A DNA stretch of 64,000 nt from Octopus sinensis (lineage: Eukaryota): assembly GCF_006345805.1 (NCBI RefSeq), contig NC_043008.1, forward strand, positions 9,796,001 to 9,860,000, written 5' to 3'. This document shows, piece by piece, positions 38,901 to 53,063 of the stretch. Each line of letters opens with the position of its first letter. Position 1 is the first letter of the stretch. A program made the position numbers and the translations under genes. Below the pieces are notes generated by a model. It was not told where the DNA came from. It was given only the letters and a program-made list of their open reading frames with translations, and did no database searches.

Positions 38901-40975
38901 TGTCGTATTGTGCTGTATGGTGGTGGGTCTGGTATTAGGATGTTGTTGGTTTGTTCTGTTTTTGGTGTAATTTCTTTCATAGACGCGTCCTCTTTCAGCT
39001 AGTTCCCTGTTAGGTCTAGCGTGGTTTGTAAAGGTTGGTTGTGGGTGATTTCTGTTTTTGTGTATGGAGGATAGTTGGGGTTGTCGTGGGTTGTTAGGTT
39101 TTTCTTTTTTATTTATTGTAATTTTCTAGGAAGGGATTATTTGTACCCAATTCATTTTTGAAGGTTTCACTATATTTTTGGAAGAGTCCATGTTTCTCTC
39201 CCAGCGTAGGAGAGAATTCTCTCTTCCTCTCACAGGAATCCTTCCAGTGATCCAATGTATTATCGAGGGGTTGTCCCTCGGTATATTTTAGTATTAGATT
39301 GTGCATCTCCTCGTCTATGCTTTTAAGTTTTTCTTCATTTGTGGAGGCCCTGAGTCTTAGAAGCTCTATTTCTGATTAAAATTGAACAGAGCTGACTTTT
39401 CTCTAATAGATCTCTGTCCGTCAGGCTCGTTAGGAATTAATTTTATCTGGAATTTGCGTGGGAGGATAATTGGTGTTGAGTTTATCCATCCCTCGTAGAT
39501 ATCTGCTTTGTTGGAATTTTTATCATGTTCCAGTAGGTGAGTTTTCTTTGTGCAGGTTTGTATTCAAACGTTTCCTATTTTTCTTTTTGTTGGGTTGGTT
39601 TGGGTGCGTATGGTGTCCTGCTGTGTTTCATTAGGTGCCTGTGTATTATTTTCGGATTTGTTGATGAAAATTGAGTTCAGTGTTGTATATAACAGTTGTG
39701 TAGATCCTTACTCACCTGGTCAGTGTAACGGGTTGCATCTTCATTGCTTTTACTTTCCCGGGCGAGTAAGTTGATTCCTCGATTTTGTTGTTCAGTTAAG
39801 AAGCTGTGAATTAATATTTTTCAGTTCTTTGAGTATGTCCTCATTTAAGGTTTTGTCCGAGGTGTTTGACTTCTGTGGCATTTTCGTTCTCGCGTGTTTA
39901 ATATATAGATAAGAAAGTTGTTTGGTAAAGCACGTGGGTGAATATATAAGAAAATAGTAAAGTGTGAAAAAACGACAGAAGGCTTAAATGTTTAAAAAAA
40001 TATATATATTTGTGTCAAAATGTCTGGAGAATATTGGAAAAATTTTTTTTCTTTCCTTAAAATGACATAATTTAAAAAATTTTTAAAGAAATTACGGTTT
40101 CGCGTGTAGCTTTTAAAATTTCTTGTGACGTTATGTTTATTATTGCATGGAATTATCGTTGTTTTTATTCCAGGAGATTTCTAAATAAGGGGAGTAGTGA
40201 GTGATTTTTTTCCGGTGTAGGGGAGATAATCGCTTAAAAATTTTTTTCCCTTTTCCTTGTTAATTTCTCTGTGTCAGAAATTTAAGATCAAATCTAACTT
40301 TACTTGTGCCTCTGAAAAAATAATTATGTTATTAAATGCTCGGGCTGCCACCAAAGACTACGTGGGTTCCACGGGACTATCACTCAGGCGCAGATGCACA
40401 CTGCATCGACAACAGATTGCATTCCCAGAATATAGAATGATACCTTTAGTGAGCACATTGAGAAATGCGCAAAGCAACTACTGCCACAATTTTTAATCTT
40501 CCCATTTTACCAATGTGCTTTCGGATCATCAACACAAATGAGACTGAACAAGGAAACATTCTTCATGAAAGTACAAACCCAGACTCAAACCATCCGAACA
40601 TACTGACACAGAGAAATTAACAAGGAAAAGGGGAAAAAAAATTTTTAAGCGATTATCTCCCCTACACCGGAAAAAAATCACTCACTACTCCCCTTATTTA
40701 GAAATCTCCTGGAAATAAAACCAACGATAATTCCATGCAATATAAACATAACGTCACAAGAAATTGAAAAGCTACACGCGAAACCGGTAATTTCTTTAAA
40801 AATTTTTTAAATTATGTCATTTTAAGGAAAGGAAAAAAAATTTTTCCAATATTCTCCAGACATTTTGACACAAATATATATATTTTTTAACATTTAAGCC
40901 TTCTGTCGTTTTTTCACACTTTACTATTTTCTTATATATTCACCCACGTGCTTTACCAAAACAAAAACTTTCTTA

Positions 40976-40980
<5 letters not shown>
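35977..40980 (-). mobile_element. Near full-length Penelope-like retroelement (RT + GIY-YIG) with direct pseudo-LTR and inverted tail; ORF broken by frameshifts
   Basis: Minus-strand ORF pieces carry PLE RT motifs YGLPKIHK, LRPIV, SFDV, YTSIP, GIAMGT, FLDD and DIFYKP (36825-38148) and a GIY-YIG region (YVIKC..C..YVGSTG..RRRCTLH, about 36311-36620). Putative ATG at 39881. 35977-36314 is directly repeated at 39940-40277, and 40275-40980 is an inverted copy of the 3' end. Both ends abut (TA)n. Confidence 0.93.
36120..36159 (-). ncRNA. Minimal hammerhead ribozyme, U3-A8 variant, in the pseudo-LTR of the large PLE (further copies 40086-40124 - mutated; 40758-40796 +)
   Basis: Reverse complement reads AAGAAAT-TTGAAAA-GC(TACAC)GC-GAAA-CCGGT-A^ATTTCTT. 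Stem I is 7 bp and stem II is 2 bp. Confidence 0.78.
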
Positions 40981-41049
<69 letters not shown>

Positions 41050-41889
41050 TAGTATATATATATATATATAATATATATATATAGATATATATAGGAATAG
41101 TAAGAATTGGTAAATAATATAAGGAGGAGAAGTTAATGAAAAGAATGAGGAAGGTAAAGGTTAGCAAAAAAAAATAGACAAAGGGATGGCCTAAAAGAAG
41201 AAAAATGAGCAAAAATGTGTGGAAACAGAAAGCGAGAAAGCTGGAGGATGAGTTTGAAGTGAGAGGAAAAGTAAAAGAGATAAATAAAGTAACAGTTGTG
41301 AGAGAGAGAGTAAGTTTTGGGGGAATGTGGGAGGAGAATGAGAGTTGCCAATTACACAGGTCTCAGCAGTCAATTTGAAAATGTTGCAGTAAAGAATTAT
41401 ATCTTGTGATATTGCCAACTTAATTTCAGGAATCAACTCACAACTTAGACAGACGTTATCATGATGCAATGTTAATGATGTCAGAGTACAGAAAGTGTGA
41501 TCACATATTATTGAATAATGATTCAATAACATCACTAATTATTGAATAATCATTCAATAATGCCACATATTATTATATAATCATTCGATAATATTAGATT
41601 CAACATGACCAGAAATATAATATAGAGATAATCTACTCCGTGAGTAAGTACCCCAGATAGTCCGGATTTGGTACCTCGTGTATTCAATTTCACTTCCTCA
41701 AACTGTAGTTGCAAGATCCTCCTTTAATCCTTCTGTTTTCCCGTTTAATTTTTAAAACAAAGGTTATCTCGTCTCAAATTCTTATTCTAATCATATCACA
41801 TGACAATGATTCTACTGGAATTAATAGAATTACATGTGTGGAGTTTCCAGATTCAGTGACATGGTTAAGCCTTCAATGGTAATGTGAAA

Positions 41890-42385
41890 TATTGGGTTGT
41901 CCGGAAAGTTTGTGCCGATTTATGGTAGCTTATCTTTCGACTAATTTTAGAACATGATTGAGTTCATAAAATAGGATTTGACTGCACCTCCATTTAGAGC
42001 ACAGTTTAAGCTATCTTTTCGGGAAGAAGGTTTATATTCCTATAACCTGTGTTAATTCTGTAAACCCTTTAAAATGGAATATAAGAAAGTTCATTTTCGG
42101 CACTTGATGCTTTGGGAACCAGACAAAAATTGCTGCAGCTCGGCTGGGATGTGTTACCCCGCCCTCCATATTCACCAGATATTGCTCCTTCGGATTTCCA
42201 CTTATTCAGGTCTCAGCAGAATAGTCTTAATGGTAAAAATTTCAATTCCTTGGATGACGTAAAAAGATACCTTGATGAATTCTTTGCCATGAATCCACCT
42301 CAATTCTGGGAAGAGGGTATTTTCAAGTTAAAGGAAAGGTGGAGATGCATTGCGCAATAAAATGGTTCATATTTGGTTGATTAAA
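41890..42385 (+). mobile_element. Internally deleted mariner element
   Basis: Left TIR TATTGGGTTGTCCGGAAAGTTTGTGCCGATTT. The transposase start MEYKKVHFRHLMLWE is joined directly to C-terminal LGWDVLPRPPYSPDIAPSDFHLFRS..GIFKLKERW. A SINE follows at about 42395. Confidence 0.85.
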
Positions 42386-42617
42386 AATGTAATGGTAAGG
42401 GGGCCAGTCGATTACATCGATCCCAGTATTTCACTGGTACTTAATTTATCGACTCCCCGAAACGTTAAAAGGCAAAGCCGACTTCGGCGGAATTTAAACT
42501 CAGAATGCAAACACGGACGAAATGTCTCCAGGCATGTCGCAAATAATATCAATTTTATTCGTTTGAAGTTCACTAAAGGCGCGTGAGTGAGTGGTTAGAG
42601 GTGTTGTACTCACAAGA

Positions 42618-43000
42618 TGTGGAGGCGCAATGGCCCAGTCGTTAGGGCAGCGGAATCGCGGTCGAAGGATCGTGGTTTCCATTCCCAGACCGGGCGTTGT
42701 GAGTATTTATTGAGCGAAAACACCTAAAGCTCCGCGAGGCTCCCGCAGGGGGTGCTGGCGAATCCTACTGTACTCTTTCACCACAACTTTCTCTCACTCT
42801 TTCTTCCTGTTTCTGTTGTACCTGTATTTTAAAGGGCCAGCCTTGTCACACTCTGTGTCACGCTGAATCTTCCCGAGAACTACGTTAAGGGTACATGTGC
42901 CTGTGGAGTTCTCAGCCACTTGCACGCTATTTTCACGAGGTGACTGTTCCATTGATCGGATCAAATAGAACCCTCGTCGTCGTAACCGACGGAGTGCCAC
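42618..43000 (+). mobile_element. SINE family C (tRNA(Arg)-like head; possibly the octopus OR type)
   Basis: GGAGGCGCAATGGCCCAG..TTAGGGCAGCGGA.TCGCGGTC..TTCCCAGACCGGGCG, ending GTCGTAACCGACGGAGTGC. Other copies at 16416-16800 (-), 22530-22730 (-), 46263-46480 (+, deleted), 46955-47300 (-) and 63404-63755 (+). Confidence 0.88.
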
Positions 43001-44028
43001 GATCTACTCAAAAGAACATGGCGCTAGGCTAACATATCATAACTACCAAATATAGGGAAACTGTTAATCTTCACAAACAGCATTCAGTAATGAAGTAAAT
43101 ACAGTAAGCCTATCACCAAGGCAAAATACAAAGTGATGCACGTAAATAATAAACTGTTAAATTTTTACCAATGGGCGCAGGAGTGGCTGTGTGGTAAGTA
43201 GCTTGCTTACTAGCCACATAATTCCGGGTTCAGTCCGACTGCGTGGCACCTTGGGTAAGTGTCTTCTTCTATAGCCTCGGGCCGACCAAAGCCTTGTGAG
43301 TGGATTTGGTAGTCGGAAACTGAAAGAAGCCCGTCGTACGTATGTGTGTGGTGTGTGTGTGTGTGGTGTGTGTGTGTGTGCGTGTTTGTGTGTTTGTGTG
43401 TGTGTGTGACTTTGTGTGTCTGTGTTTGTCCCCCTCAACATCGCTTGACAACTGATGCTGGGGTGTTTACGTCCCCGTAACTTAGCGGTTCGGCAAAAAG
43501 AGACCGATAGAATAAGCACTAGGCTTACAAAGAATAAGTCCTGGAGTCGATTTGCTCGGCTAAAAAGGCGGTGCTCCAGCATGGCCGTAGTCAAATGACT
43601 GAAACAAGTAAAAAAGAGTAAAAGAGTAAATGGAAATACAAAACTGAAGCCAGAAATTCTGCTGAAGATAATTTTTTTAACCAATTAACCCAATAACATC
43701 CTCATGAACTAAAGCTAAAAGCTGATTCAGTTATACGGGGTAACCTCAGTCCCCAAAAAAGGCCATCATATGAAGAGTAATCTATTAATACCGAATGATG
43801 CAATATTTACTAGATTCTGTATTTAATGACAGCCAACTGTAAATGAAGAACAGTAGAAACTAATTGACTAATTAATAATGCAGAATGCCTGGCGGGTAAT
43901 TGTTACCTTCTAAATTATACGCTAAATATGATTATCTTGGAGACCGTTTAGATGAAATGTTCATTTGATACAATACAGCTATATAGAATACACACACACA
44001 CACACACACACCACAACACACACATATA

Positions 44029-44063
<35 letters not shown>

Positions 44064-44097
44064 TTTGATGCAATACAGATATATATGATACATACAC

Positions 44098-44134
<37 letters not shown>

Positions 44135-44191
44135 ATATATATATATTATATATATATATTATATATTTATATAATATATATAATATATATT

Positions 44192-44250
<59 letters not shown>

Positions 44251-44319
44251 ATATGTATATGAAGTAAACTTCATTTGTTCCATATAATATGTTGGCAATA
44301 TTCAATAAACTGTAAGGCA

Positions 44320-45495
44320 TCGAGATGCCAGGATTGTTGACGCGCGTCGGACAAAATGCTTCGCGGCATTTTTTCCGACCTTATGTTCTGAGTTAAAATG
44401 CCACCGATGTCGACTTTGCCTTTCATTCTTTCGGGCTCAATAAAATAAGTACCAGCTGAGCACTGAGATCCTGCTCCTGAGATTGCTGGCCTTGTACCAA
44501 AAATTTGAAACCAATATTGTTGTAAACTACAACCTCTATCTTGGAATGGAATAATATAAATATTGTTGTAAATTGCATTTTGTAAAATATGTTAATTTAG
44601 ACTGAAATCTCTGTAATATGAAATGATAAGGTGGAGAGCTGGCAGAATCGGTAGCGCACCGGGCGAAATGCTTAGCGTTCTTCCATCTGCTGTTACGTTC
44701 TGGGCTCAAATTCAGCCGAGGTTGACTTTGTTTTTCAACCTTTCGGGGTCGATAAATTATGTAGCAGTTGCGTACTGGGGTCGATCCAATCGACTGGCCT
44801 CCACCCCTTCCCAAAAATTTCGGGCCTTGTGCCTAGAGTAGAAAAGATTATTTTAAGGTGGAGAGCTGGCAGAAACGTTAGCACGCTGGGTGAAATGCTA
44901 AGCGGCATTTCGTCTGTCTTTACGTTCTGAGCTCAAATTCCGCCGGGGTTGACTTTGCCTTTCGTCCTTCCGGGGTCGATAAATTAAGCACCACCTGCGT
45001 ACAGAGGTCGATCTAATCGACAAGCCCTCTTCCCACAAATTCCAGGCCTTGTGCCTGTAGTAGAATACAATTATATCATAGTTTCAAATGAGTTGCAAGG
45101 ACAGCGATTTCGCAGGGGGGGGGGATGTGTTGATTACATCTACCCCAGTATTCAACGGGTACTTATTTTATCGACCAAGAAATGATGAAAAGTAAAGTCA
45201 ACCTTCTCGGAATTTGAACTCACAACGTAAAGACGGACGAAATGTCGCTAAGCTTTTTGCCCGGTGTGGTAACACTTCTGCAAGCTCGCCTCTTTGGTTC
45301 TATCGTACGATTTCAAATTTTGACACAAGGCCAACAATTTCGGGGGATGAGTCGATTACATCAAACCCAGTATTCAACGGGTACTTATTTTATCGACCCC
45401 GAAAGAATAAAAGGCAAAAATCGACCTCGGCGGAATTTGAACTCAGAACGTTAGGACACGAAATATCGCTAGCGATTCTGCCAGCTCGCCGCTTT
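44320..45495. mobile_element. SINE family A cluster (three + copies, then about two - copies)
   Basis: Heads at about 44320, 44628 and 44856; inverted units at 45110-45495. Confidence 0.8.
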
Positions 45496-45699
45496 TACTA
45501 CATCATATAACAACTTGCAATATTATTGGCGCAGGAGTGGCTGTGTGGTAAGTAGCTTGCTAACCAACCACATGGTTCCGGGTTCAGTCCCACTGCGTGG
45601 CACCTTGGGCAAGTGTCTTCTGCTATAGCCCCGGGCCGACCAATGCCTTGTGAGTGGATTTGGTAGACGGAAACTGAAAGAAGCCTGTCGTATATATGG

Positions 45700-45734
<35 letters not shown>

Positions 45735-46489
45735 TATGTATGTGTGTGTGTGTTGTGTGTCCGTGTTTGTTCCCCTAGCATTGCTTGACAACCGATGCTG
45801 CTGTGTTTACGTCCCCGTCACTTAGCGGTTTGGCAAAAAGAGACCGATAGAATAAGTACTGGGCTTACAAAGAATAAGTCCCGGGGTCAAGTTGCTCGAT
45901 TAAAGGCGGTGTTCCAGCATGGCCGCAGTCAAATGACTGAAACAAGTAAAAGAATAAAAGAGTATTCCTTTTGATTAAGGGTAAAAGGCCTGAAATTTTG
46001 CGGGGAGAAGGCTAGTCGGATACGTATACCTCAATGCTTCACTGATACTTATTTTATCGACCCCGGAGGAATGAAAAGACCAAGTCAGCCTCGGTGGTAT
46101 TTGAAATCGTAACGTAAAGCCGTTAAGCATTTTGTCCGACATGTTGACGTTTTTGGCTTCATTGGCATGTAACATTGTATATTGAAAACTACGCCTTTAT
46201 GTGAAATGTAAATATCGGTTTGTAATGCTTTGTAGTTCCTTTAGAAGGTTGCTAATAGAGTGTGTAGAGGCGCAATGGCCCAGTGGTTAGGGCAGCGGAT
46301 CGTGGTCATAGGATCGCGGTTTCGATTCCCAGAGGCTCCGGCAGGGGATGGTGGTGATCCCTGCTGTACTCTTTCACCACAACTTTCTCTCACTCTTACT
46401 TCCAGTTTCTGTTGTACCTGTATTTCAAGGGGCCGGCCTTGTCACCCTCTGTGTCACGCTGAATATCCCCGAGAACTTTTTTGGAGAGG

Positions 46490-46832
46490 GGTCCAGTCGA
46501 TTGTATCGACCCCAGTACACAACTGGTACTTAATTTATCGTCCCCGAAAGGATGAAAGGCAAAGTCGACTTCGGCGGAATTTGAACTCAGAACGTAAAGA
46601 CAGACGAAATACTTGTTTCTTTACTACCCACAAGGGGCTAAATACAGAGAGGACAAACGGATTAAGTTGATTACATCGACCCCAGTGCGTAACTGGTACT
46701 TAATTTATCAATCCCGAAAGGATGAACGGCAAAGTCGACCTCGGCGGAATTTGAACTCAGAATGTAACGGCAGACGAAATACGGCTACGCATTTCGCCCG
46801 GCGTGCTAACGTTTCTGCCAGCTCGCCGCCTT
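46490..46832 (-). mobile_element. SINE family A dimer
   Basis: Same core on the minus strand. Confidence 0.85.
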
Positions 46833-48219
46833 AGTATTAGAAATATATAGGCAAATACCTCGGACCCTGACTAAATACCATACTTTCATCGTGTGATGGC
46901 GAAGAAATAGTAATTACAGACGAAAATTCCCAAGCAGTTGATGAAAATCCTCGTGGCACTCCGTCGGTTACGACGACGAGGGATCCAGTTGATCCAATCA
47001 ACGGAACAGCCCGGTCGTGAAATTAAAGTACAAATGGCTGAGCACTCCACAGATACGTGTACCCTTAATGTAGATCTCTGGGAGATTCAGCGGGACACAG
47101 AGTGTGACAACGCTGGCCCTTCGAAATATAGGTACAACAGAAACAGGAAGAAAGAGTGAGAGAAAGTTGTGGTGAAAGAGTACAGCAGGATACGCCATCA
47201 TCCCCTGTCGGAGCCTCGTGGAGATTTAAGGGGTTTCGCTCAATAAACACTCACAATGCGAGTCCGCTGCCCTAACAACTGGGCCAATTTGCCTCCACTG
47301 TTGATGAAAATACGAAAGGAAAAAAAGGAAACAATCGCAGAAAAAGAAGAATCAATATAAATGAACGAAAATAGGTGAAGTGAAACAATGTCTTTCAAAT
47401 GAAAACGAAAATTTCTTCTTAGAAAAATAATGAAGGAAATGAAGAGAACAAAGATGAAAGAAGATTCGCCATTCTTCGAAAATAACAAATAATACATAAA
47501 ATTTCGCATCTCCGATGCCGTGAACCATCTGAAGAAGTTAGATTGACACGAAAACAATTAAATTCAAAATATAAACAACATGCAAAAGTAAAAATAGATT
47601 ACGAGTAAAATTAAGATTTTGATAGTATACGAACTTAAAAGAAAATATTATCAAGATAGTAGTTTTATTTTTTTCCAATACGAAATACTCCAAAGATGCC
47701 TGTTGGTGCATTTGATTGCACCCCAACACACTTTGAGAAATGGCAAAGTAAACAGAAACGCATATCCGTGTGTATATGTATGTGTGCATATGTGTATGCA
47801 TGTATGCGCATGTATACTTTTATATGTATGTGTGTATCTATGCATTCGTGTGTGTATTTATGAATATGTCTGCATGTATACGGGCGTACCTTCAAAATTC
47901 CTAATATGCCCTTCCATATATTCTATAACATCACCACCCACCTTTTGGGATTTGCTGTTGTTTATCACACACTACGTTATCTATCCTTTCTCTGTAATCC
48001 CTTGTGAAAGTTTTACATTTTTGTTTTTTCTCTTCGAGCCCTTGAGACTATAAATAAAATTCGTTGTATGCTATGATTATTTCCCTTCCTTTTCATTGTA
48101 TACCGTGTATACTTACTCTTTTTTTTATTTCATAATTTCATCATATGTAAACCTGCACACTTTATGTCTGTTCTGTATTGTCCCCCTCATCCTTTGCTGT
48201 GGAGGTAAATAAATGAATC

Positions 48220-48279
<60 letters not shown>

Positions 48280-48282
48280 CAT

Positions 48283-48433
48283 CATTCAGTAGTTTTATTT
48301 TTATAGCGTACTTTCACTTCACTACTGAGCGCAGCTCTATGTGCCTTGGGTATGTGCTGTGGTTTGTTGTGATGCTCTTATGGTTACTGTGTTGAAGGTG
48401 TTTTGCGTAAGATGTGTGCAGTGCCCATTATTA

Positions 48434-48497
<64 letters not shown>

Positions 48498-48652
48498 CAT
48501 CATCATCATCATTCAGTAGTTTTATTTTTATAGCGTGCTTTCATTTCACTACCGAGCGCAGCTCTGTGTGCCTTGGGTATGTGCTGTGGTTTGTTGTGAT
48601 GCTCTGATGGTTACTGTGTTGAAAATCTTTTGCGTAGGATGTGTGCAGTGCC

Positions 48653-48699
<47 letters not shown>

Positions 48700-49725
48700 T
48701 ATTATTATTATTATTATTCAGTAGTTTTATTTTTATAGCGTGCTTTCACTTTACCTAGCGCAGCTCTGTGTACCTTGTGCTGTGATTTGTTGTGATGCTC
48801 TGATGGTTACTGTATTGAAAGCGTTTTGCGTAGGATGTGTGCAGTGTCCAGTAGTGCAATTTTCTGTATGTTATATATATATTTGTAAGTCCTGATGTTT
48901 TTGTTTTGTATTTGTCTGAATATTTTTATCATACCTAATGCGCCTGCTATGATAGGAATTGTTTCTGTTTTTAGATTCCACATTCGAGTTACCTCTATTT
49001 CCAGGTCCTTGTATTTTGAAAGTTTCTCCATTTCTTTTAGAGAAACGTTGTCATCTGCTGGTATTGATATATCAATTAGAAAGCATTTATTTTCTTCATG
49101 ATCTCCAACAACTATATCTGGCCTATTGGCCTTAATTTCTCTATCTGTGTGCATATCCCAGAGTATGGTTGCTTTCTCATTTCCTGTGACCTTTTCTGCC
49201 ATGTGCTTATTCCATCTTTTTTCTGTTGTTATTCCATAGTGCTGGCATAGCTTCCAGTGTATGTAGGTCCCAACTCTGTCGTGTCTGTGAATATATTCTT
49301 TCTTATCCTCTGGGCAGCAAGAGATAATATGATTTATTGTTTCTTGTCCATCTCCACATATTCTGAAATTACTTGTTATATTTCTTTTCATTATATGTTT
49401 TTGGTAATTTCTGGTCTTGAGCTGCAATAGAAAATTCTTCAGTCTCTGCCTTGAGTCCTGAACTCCTCAACCATTGCTGGGATTTTTCTGTCTATTTCTT
49501 TTGCATTTCGTTTAGTCCAGTACTTGCCATGAAGGGGCTTTTCTTGCCATCGTTTTATCATGGCCCGTTGCTGTTCTAGTTTTAGTTTGGATTTCATTTG
49601 TTTTATAGCTTTTGTTTTTTCTTCTTCTTCTTCATATTTGTTAGGTAGTATGATTTCTTGTTTTTATTTGTCAGCTTCCTTAAATACGGAAAACAGTTTT
49701 TTTTTATTTTGCTCGTGTTTTATGG
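48283..49725 (-). mobile_element. Dong/R4-like RLE non-LTR element (3' ~1 kb) plus two extra ~145-bp 3'-end units, all embedded in (ATT)n
   Basis: ORF 48807-49427 has a zinc knuckle (RICG..QETINHIISCCP..RHD) and RPDIV..FLIDISIP.D.N..KEMEKLSKY. The 3' end is repeated at 48283-48426 and about 48511-48653, separated by ATT tracts. Confidence 0.85.
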
Positions 49726-49726
49726 C

Positions 49727-49780
<54 letters not shown>

Positions 49781-50749
49781 CATTGAGTGAGATAATAATA
49801 GTAACACTGGGGTAAAATATACGAAGCCCAATATACCCATCATGACTACCCGTCTGATAGGGGTACACTAGGCACATGCATCACAACCATAAGTGCGCGA
49901 CATGGTGATCTCATATCAAGATAAACAGCACATGACCTTGCCGGTGGGGGCCCAGTTAGAATTTTCTTCAGGTCGAATAATATTCTCGTTTACGAGAACA
50001 GTAAAGTTTATTTCAGATATTCTCATTTTAAAAATCATCTTCGGTTAATCGTTGAGAGGACGTTGGCGGGAGTTTGCGCTCTCTGATGGCTCTTGTTATT
50101 ATTTGATTTGTTATTATTGTAGTTGTTGCTTCTGATCCCCGAGCCAGTCCCGGTCGTAGACGTATACTCAAAGGCGCTCCAGCCATGACGATCATTTTTT
50201 TTAGTATCTAAGACAGCGTTAGTGTGCTGCCTCATGGTTTAAAAATGGTTAAATCACCACCACCACCACCACCACAACCACCACAACCACCACCACCACC
50301 ACCGCTCTAAGTCCCCCCACCAATAACAGCTTATCACAACGCTTCCAATATCACTACCACTTTGACACCACAAACCTGACCACAGCACCAACCCTAATCC
50401 GACCACCACTTTTAAAAGACTACCTCCATAACACCACTACCACCACCGCCTAGATAAGGAAGTTTACGTGGGTCCATTGTGACCGTTCAACCTGCTAGAA
50501 ATAGTGACAAAATCCCTAACAAAAACAAAAAGCAGGTTATCTTAAAATTGGAAGGATATATTGTTCGATGTAAACACAGAAAGGAAAAAAGACGGGATTG
50601 TCACGGCAGGAACGCCCCTCAGCGTCGTTCTATTCCTGACGAGTTAACCTTGGGCTAAATAACAAAAACAACCACAGAAGTGCTTCTATACTAATTCCAC
50701 CCTCTCCGCCGCCATTAACAGCATTATTGCCACCACATCACCCTCACAA

Positions 50750-52450
50750 ACGCTACTCCTATGGTGACCGCCAATGTTAACTTCGCCGAAACAGTAACAG
50801 TTATCACCACTACGACTACTAACGCCTCTACAACCACCACTACCACCACCACTACAATCAATACTTCTGTTACGGCCACTAGCTCCAACCGCCACTGCCC
50901 TATTACCACCAGTCCCACCATCACGACCACTACCACCATCACCACCACCAACATCACCACCATCATCATTGTCACCACCACTACCATCAGCATCACTAAC
51001 ACTCCCACCACCATCAACCCCACCACCACTTACACCGTCACCACCATTAACACCACCACCACCATCACCACCTCCACCACCATCCTCGCCACCACCACTA
51101 ACACCACCACCATCACCACCTTCACCACCACCATCACCACCACTAACCCCACCACCACCATTAAGACCACCACCACCACCATCGTCGCCACCATCACCAT
51201 CACCACCACCACCACCACCATCACAACCACCATCACAACCACCATCACCATCACCACCTCCACCACCATCGTCACACCATCACCACCACCACCACCACCA
51301 TCACCACCATCACCACCTCCACCACCACCATCACCACCATCACCACCACCACCACCACCACCACCATCACCACCATCACCACCACCATCAACTCCACCAC
51401 CATCATTACCATCGCAACCATCGCCATCATCGCCACTATCATCATCATCACCATCACCACCACCATCATCATCATCATTACCATCGCCACCACCTCCACC
51501 GTCACAACTACCACCACCTCCGCCAACACCTCCACCACCACCACCACCACCACTATAAACACTGTTGCAGCAGCCATCACTGCTGATTCTACTTCAACGG
51601 CTGCTACCGGCGGCAATCGCCATTGTTGTTGCACCCCGTCCCTCAACCCCCCCACCAACCATCATCATCATTGTCATCGTCATCGTCAGCATCACCACCA
51701 TCATTATCATCATCTCTATCACCACCACAACCACTAATACTCCTGCTACATTGCCGTAACCTCCACCCCCTCCTACTGCTATTTCTAGCGCCACCACGAA
51801 CGTCCGTTCTTCATTAACATCATCATCACCATCATCGTCATCACCACCAATTACATCACCCACACGTACACCATCACCACCTCCACCACCATCATCACAG
51901 CACCACCAACAACAACAACAACAACAGCGCCATCGCCAGCAGCATCCTTGCAGCCATCGTTAACAATAACAACAGCATCATCGAATTTATAAAACATTGG
52001 TTCACGGATTCATCCGAAGTTGGTTTTAGACGCGCGAAATCCGGGAATAGGAAATAACTCTCGCTCTCATAACAGCAACAACAACAACAACAACACGGCC
52101 AGCGGTAACAACTTATAACAGCGACATTAAGAAGAAGAAGAAGAAGAAGAACGTTGATATCAAGTCTGCGAAGAATAATGAACAGACACGACAACAACAA
52201 TAGCTAGAACAACATCGGTTACTGCGGCTAAGAACTTAAAAACTAAAACAGCGATGCAGATATGAATCGATTGTCAAAGTTTTCTATCAACTTCGCTAAC
52301 AACTCGACTTCAACGACAACATCACGAAGAAGCTGTGGAAAAATAACAACTACAACTACAACAGCGATAACAACAGCAACAGCACCGCTGACACCACTAA
52401 CAAAAACAACAACAACAGCAGCAACAAGAACGGTACAATAACAACGGCGA
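50750..52450. repeat. Compound (ACC)n/(ATC)n/(AAC)n trinucleotide low-complexity region
   Basis: Degenerate CCA/CAT/CAA repeats that keep all three plus frames open over long stretches. Confidence 0.9.
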
Positions 52451-52884
52451 CTGTAAGATTTCGAACGAAGGACAGGAGAATCGAATTTATTTCTTTATTG
52501 CCCACAGGGGGCTAAACATAGAGGGGACAAACAAAGACAAACAAGAACAGACAAAGGAATTAAGTCGATTACATCAACCCCCAGTGCGTAACTGGTACTT
52601 ATTTAATCGATCCCCGAAAGGATGAAAGGCAAAGTCGGCGATTGTTAAAACATTCTATCGATATACCGTTGTGGATGTATAATCCGTATATCTTATCTGA
52701 AACAAATATTTACATATTCGCACGCGCACACACTGATATTTAAAACAAAACACTAAACATAGAAACATACATATATATATACACACTGATAAGTACATAT
52801 ACACACCTAGATAAGTATATATACACACAGATAAGTATATATACACACATTGATAAGTATATATACACACGTGCACACATGTAC

Positions 52885-53063
52885 CAGTGCACCGCAACCT
52901 TTTTTCATTCGCGTTACACTCATATTTTTCTCAAAATTCAGCGGCACACCGGATATAAGCTAAAAACAGAAGGGAAAAAATTATAAACAGATTAAACTAG
53001 GGCACACCTGGCATCGTCTCGTGGCACCCCAGTGTGCCGCGGCTTACCGGTTGCAGAGCACTA
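52885..53063. mobile_element. hAT/Charlie-like MITE
   Basis: Imperfect 15-bp TIRs CAGTGCACCGCAACC / GGTTGCAGAGCACTA and internal GGCACAC motifs; TSD not evident. Confidence 0.55.

Noticed and set aside
50686-51863. Long Thr/Pro/His-rich ORFs resembling a mucin or formin
   Set aside because: These are by-products of (ACC)n/(ATC)n repeats that keep several frames open on both strands, with no non-repetitive domain or splice context.
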